A stretch of 64,000 bases of DNA from Oscillospiraceae bacterium (lineage in GTDB: Bacteria > Bacillota > Clostridia > Oscillospirales > Ruminococcaceae). The stretch covers positions 40,178-104,177 of the forward strand of contig JAFTXQ010000016.1 of NCBI GenBank assembly GCA_017461565.1, given 5' to 3'. Below, piece after piece: positions 62,712 through 64,000 of the stretch. Numbering within the stretch: the first letter of the stretch is position 1; every line of letters starts with the position of its first letter. A model generated the notes under the pieces. It worked only from the letters and a program-made list of their open reading frames with translations, made no database searches and was not told the origin of the DNA. The translations under genes were made by a program, and so were the position numbers.

Positions 62712-63119
62712 ATGATCCTTAATGTAATTGCAGTGTTTGACAGGACTCGTGAAAAATGCCTTTTCTGCAAGAGAAGAAAGGACCCCTATAAAGGTCTGTA
62801 TAACTTTGTGGGCGGTAAGGCTGAAGACGGCGAGGATGGCCTTCATGCCGCCTATCGTGAGCTTTACGAGGAAACAGGCATAAAACAAGAGGATATACAG
62901 CTCATTCATCTGATGGACTTCACCTATTGGCTTTACGATGAAACAGTAGAGGTGTATTTCGGGTATCTGGATAAGGATATCGAGGTGTATGGTGACGAGA
63001 ATGAGCTTTTGTGGCTGGACCGAGAACGTGATTTTTTCAGCATGGAGGAATTTGCGGGAGAGGGCAACATCGGTCACATAATGGAGCATATCCGTATGTA
63101 TGAGCGTAATAACATATAA
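62712..63119 (+). CDS. NUDIX hydrolase
   Basis: The Nudix box is GGKAEDGEDGLHAAYRELYEETGI. Confidence 0.8.
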   Translation: MILNVIAVFDRTREKCLFCKRRKDPYKGLYNFVGGKAEDGEDGLHAAYRELYEETGIKQEDIQLIHLMDFTYWLYDETVEVYFGYLDKDIEVYGDENELLWLDRERDFFSMEEFAGEGNIGHIMEHIRMYERNNI

Positions 63120-63122
63120 ATT

Positions 63123-63857
63123 ATGAACGGAGGTGCCGCAGTGCGTCTTGATGTCTATCTTGCCGAAAACGGAATGTGCAAAAGCCGCACGGCAGCACAG
63201 AGCCTTATCAGAAACGGCGGAGTGTCGGTGAACGGCACTCCCTGTGAAAAGCCGTCCTGTGAGATATCGGAGCAGGATGATGTTAAGATAACGGGAGAAC
63301 AGCTGCGTTATGTTGGCAGGGGCGGTCTTAAGCTTGAGGGGGCATTGAACAGCTTCGGGATAGCGCTTCAGGGGCTTGTATGCCTTGATATCGGATCGTC
63401 TACGGGCGGCTTTACGGATTGTATGCTGCAAAATGGTGCAGCCAGGGTCTATGCGGTGGATGTGGGTACAGATCAGCTTGACGGGAAGCTCCGTGCGGAC
63501 AGTCGTGTTGTAGTTATGGAACGCACGGACATCCGTACAGCTCAGCTGCCCGAAGTGGTTGATTTTGTTGGTACGGATGTTTCGTTTATCTCGCTTAAGC
63601 AGGTGATTCCGCACATTTTCCGTATGCTGAAAGGCGGAGGTACAGCTGTGGCGCTGATAAAGCCACAGTTTGAAGCAGGCCGTTCCGCCCTAAATAAAAA
63701 GGGAATCGTAAAGGATGAGAAAACACGCCGACGTACGGTGGATGACATAAAGGAATTCGCACAGCAGTGCGGTTTTGAGGTGCTGGGGCTTACAGAGTCG
63801 CCCATACATGGCGGCGACGGAAATATAGAGTACCTTATACATCTTGGAAAGGACTGA
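63123..63857 (+). CDS. tlyA: TlyA-family 16S/23S rRNA (cytidine-2'-O)-methyltransferase
   Basis: The S4-like N-terminus is VRLDVYLAENGMCKSRTAAQSLIRNGGVSVNG. The FtsJ-like motifs are RGGLKLEGAL and CLDIGSSTGGFTDCMLQNGA. Confidence 0.88.
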   Translation: MNGGAAVRLDVYLAENGMCKSRTAAQSLIRNGGVSVNGTPCEKPSCEISEQDDVKITGEQLRYVGRGGLKLEGALNSFGIALQGLVCLDIGSSTGGFTDCMLQNGAARVYAVDVGTDQLDGKLRADSRVVVMERTDIRTAQLPEVVDFVGTDVSFISLKQVIPHIFRMLKGGGTAVALIKPQFEAGRSALNKKGIVKDEKTRRRTVDDIKEFAQQCGFEVLGLTESPIHGGDGNIEYLIHLGKD

Positions 63858-63861
63858 TATT

Positions 63862-64000
63862 GTGGATAAGCGTGTTATCATATCCTACAACACGATGGAT
63901 GAAGCGGCAGCAGTGCTTGCAAAGGACATCGCCGCACTTCTCGAAAGCAGCGGAATACAGCCTGTGCTTTATGACTCTGAGAATATATGTGAGCTTCAAA
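63862..64000 (+). CDS. nadK: probable NAD kinase, N-terminal fragment (runs off the window)
   Basis: The frame is open from the GTG at 63862 (VDKRVIISYNTMDEAAAVLAKDIAALLESSGIQPVLYD...). The assignment rests mainly on the conserved Firmicute order dxs-tlyA-nadK. The fragment is too short for motifs. Confidence 0.45.
   Translation, partial: MDKRVIISYNTMDEAAAVLAKDIAALLESSGIQPVLYDSENICELQ

Noticed and set aside
1-64000. I searched for CRISPR arrays, tRNA/rRNA genes, transposases, integrases, prophage genes and toxin-antitoxin pairs.
   Set aside because: I saw no short regularly spaced repeats, no tRNA-like T-arm (GGTTCGAATCC-type) sequences in the intergenic regions, and no DDE, tyrosine or serine recombinase motifs in any ORF. 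The rearrangements here appear to be homology or deletion driven rather than caused by mobile elements.

Overview
This is a chromosomal window from a Gram-positive Firmicute. It is probably a cellulolytic Clostridia or Ruminococcaceae-type organism. That inference rests on GGAGG ribosome-binding sites, TTGACA-17-TATAAT promoters, a GH9-CBM3 cellulase, and the gene order nusB-xseAB-ispA-dxs-tlyA-nadK.

The conserved backbone has three parts:
- a pyrimidine operon on the minus strand (pyrR-pyrC-pyrF-carA-carB, 1-5.8 kb) with a PyrR-type attenuator;
- murA plus an MBL hydrolase (47.5-49.6 kb);
- a housekeeping block of sufC/sufBD-like, asp23, nusB, xseA, xseB, ispA, DUF212, dxs, nudix, tlyA and nadK (55.4-64 kb).

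Between these lie two accessory cell-surface glycopolymer regions.

(A) Region 8.7-25.5 kb holds rfbB/rfbA and an A+T-rich teichoic-acid-like operon. The operon encodes a TagF-like enzyme, a TagD-oxidoreductase fusion, LicD, a nucleotidyltransferase fused to an SHMT-like PLP domain, a GT2, and two FkbM methyltransferases. A CitC-like multidomain gene follows. The whole block is bracketed by a degenerate direct repeat of the 5' end and promoter of a CE4 deacetylase gene, and it ends in a chimeric junction of two gene fragments.

(B) Region 31-47 kb is a divergent two-operon locus. It combines WecE and WecD-like dTDP-4-amino-4,6-dideoxyhexose enzymes with two LuxE/LuxC pairs, two split transketolases, two SDRs, an ANL ligase, an ACP and an MBL hydrolase. 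It also carries an ArnC-like polyprenyl-phosphate glycosyltransferase and an ArnE/ArnF-like pair of small membrane proteins. I consider this the best candidate for an undescribed pathway, namely a lipid-linked amino sugar that is unusually acylated or chain-extended.

Other genes are a CotH-family lipoprotein with three LTD domains, a chemoreceptor, a CE2/SGNH esterase, an alpha/beta hydrolase, a choloylglycine-hydrolase-family protein and a lipoprotein GH9 cellulase. I saw no rRNA, tRNA, CRISPR array, transposase or integrase.

All family calls come from reading motifs in the translations. No database search was run.
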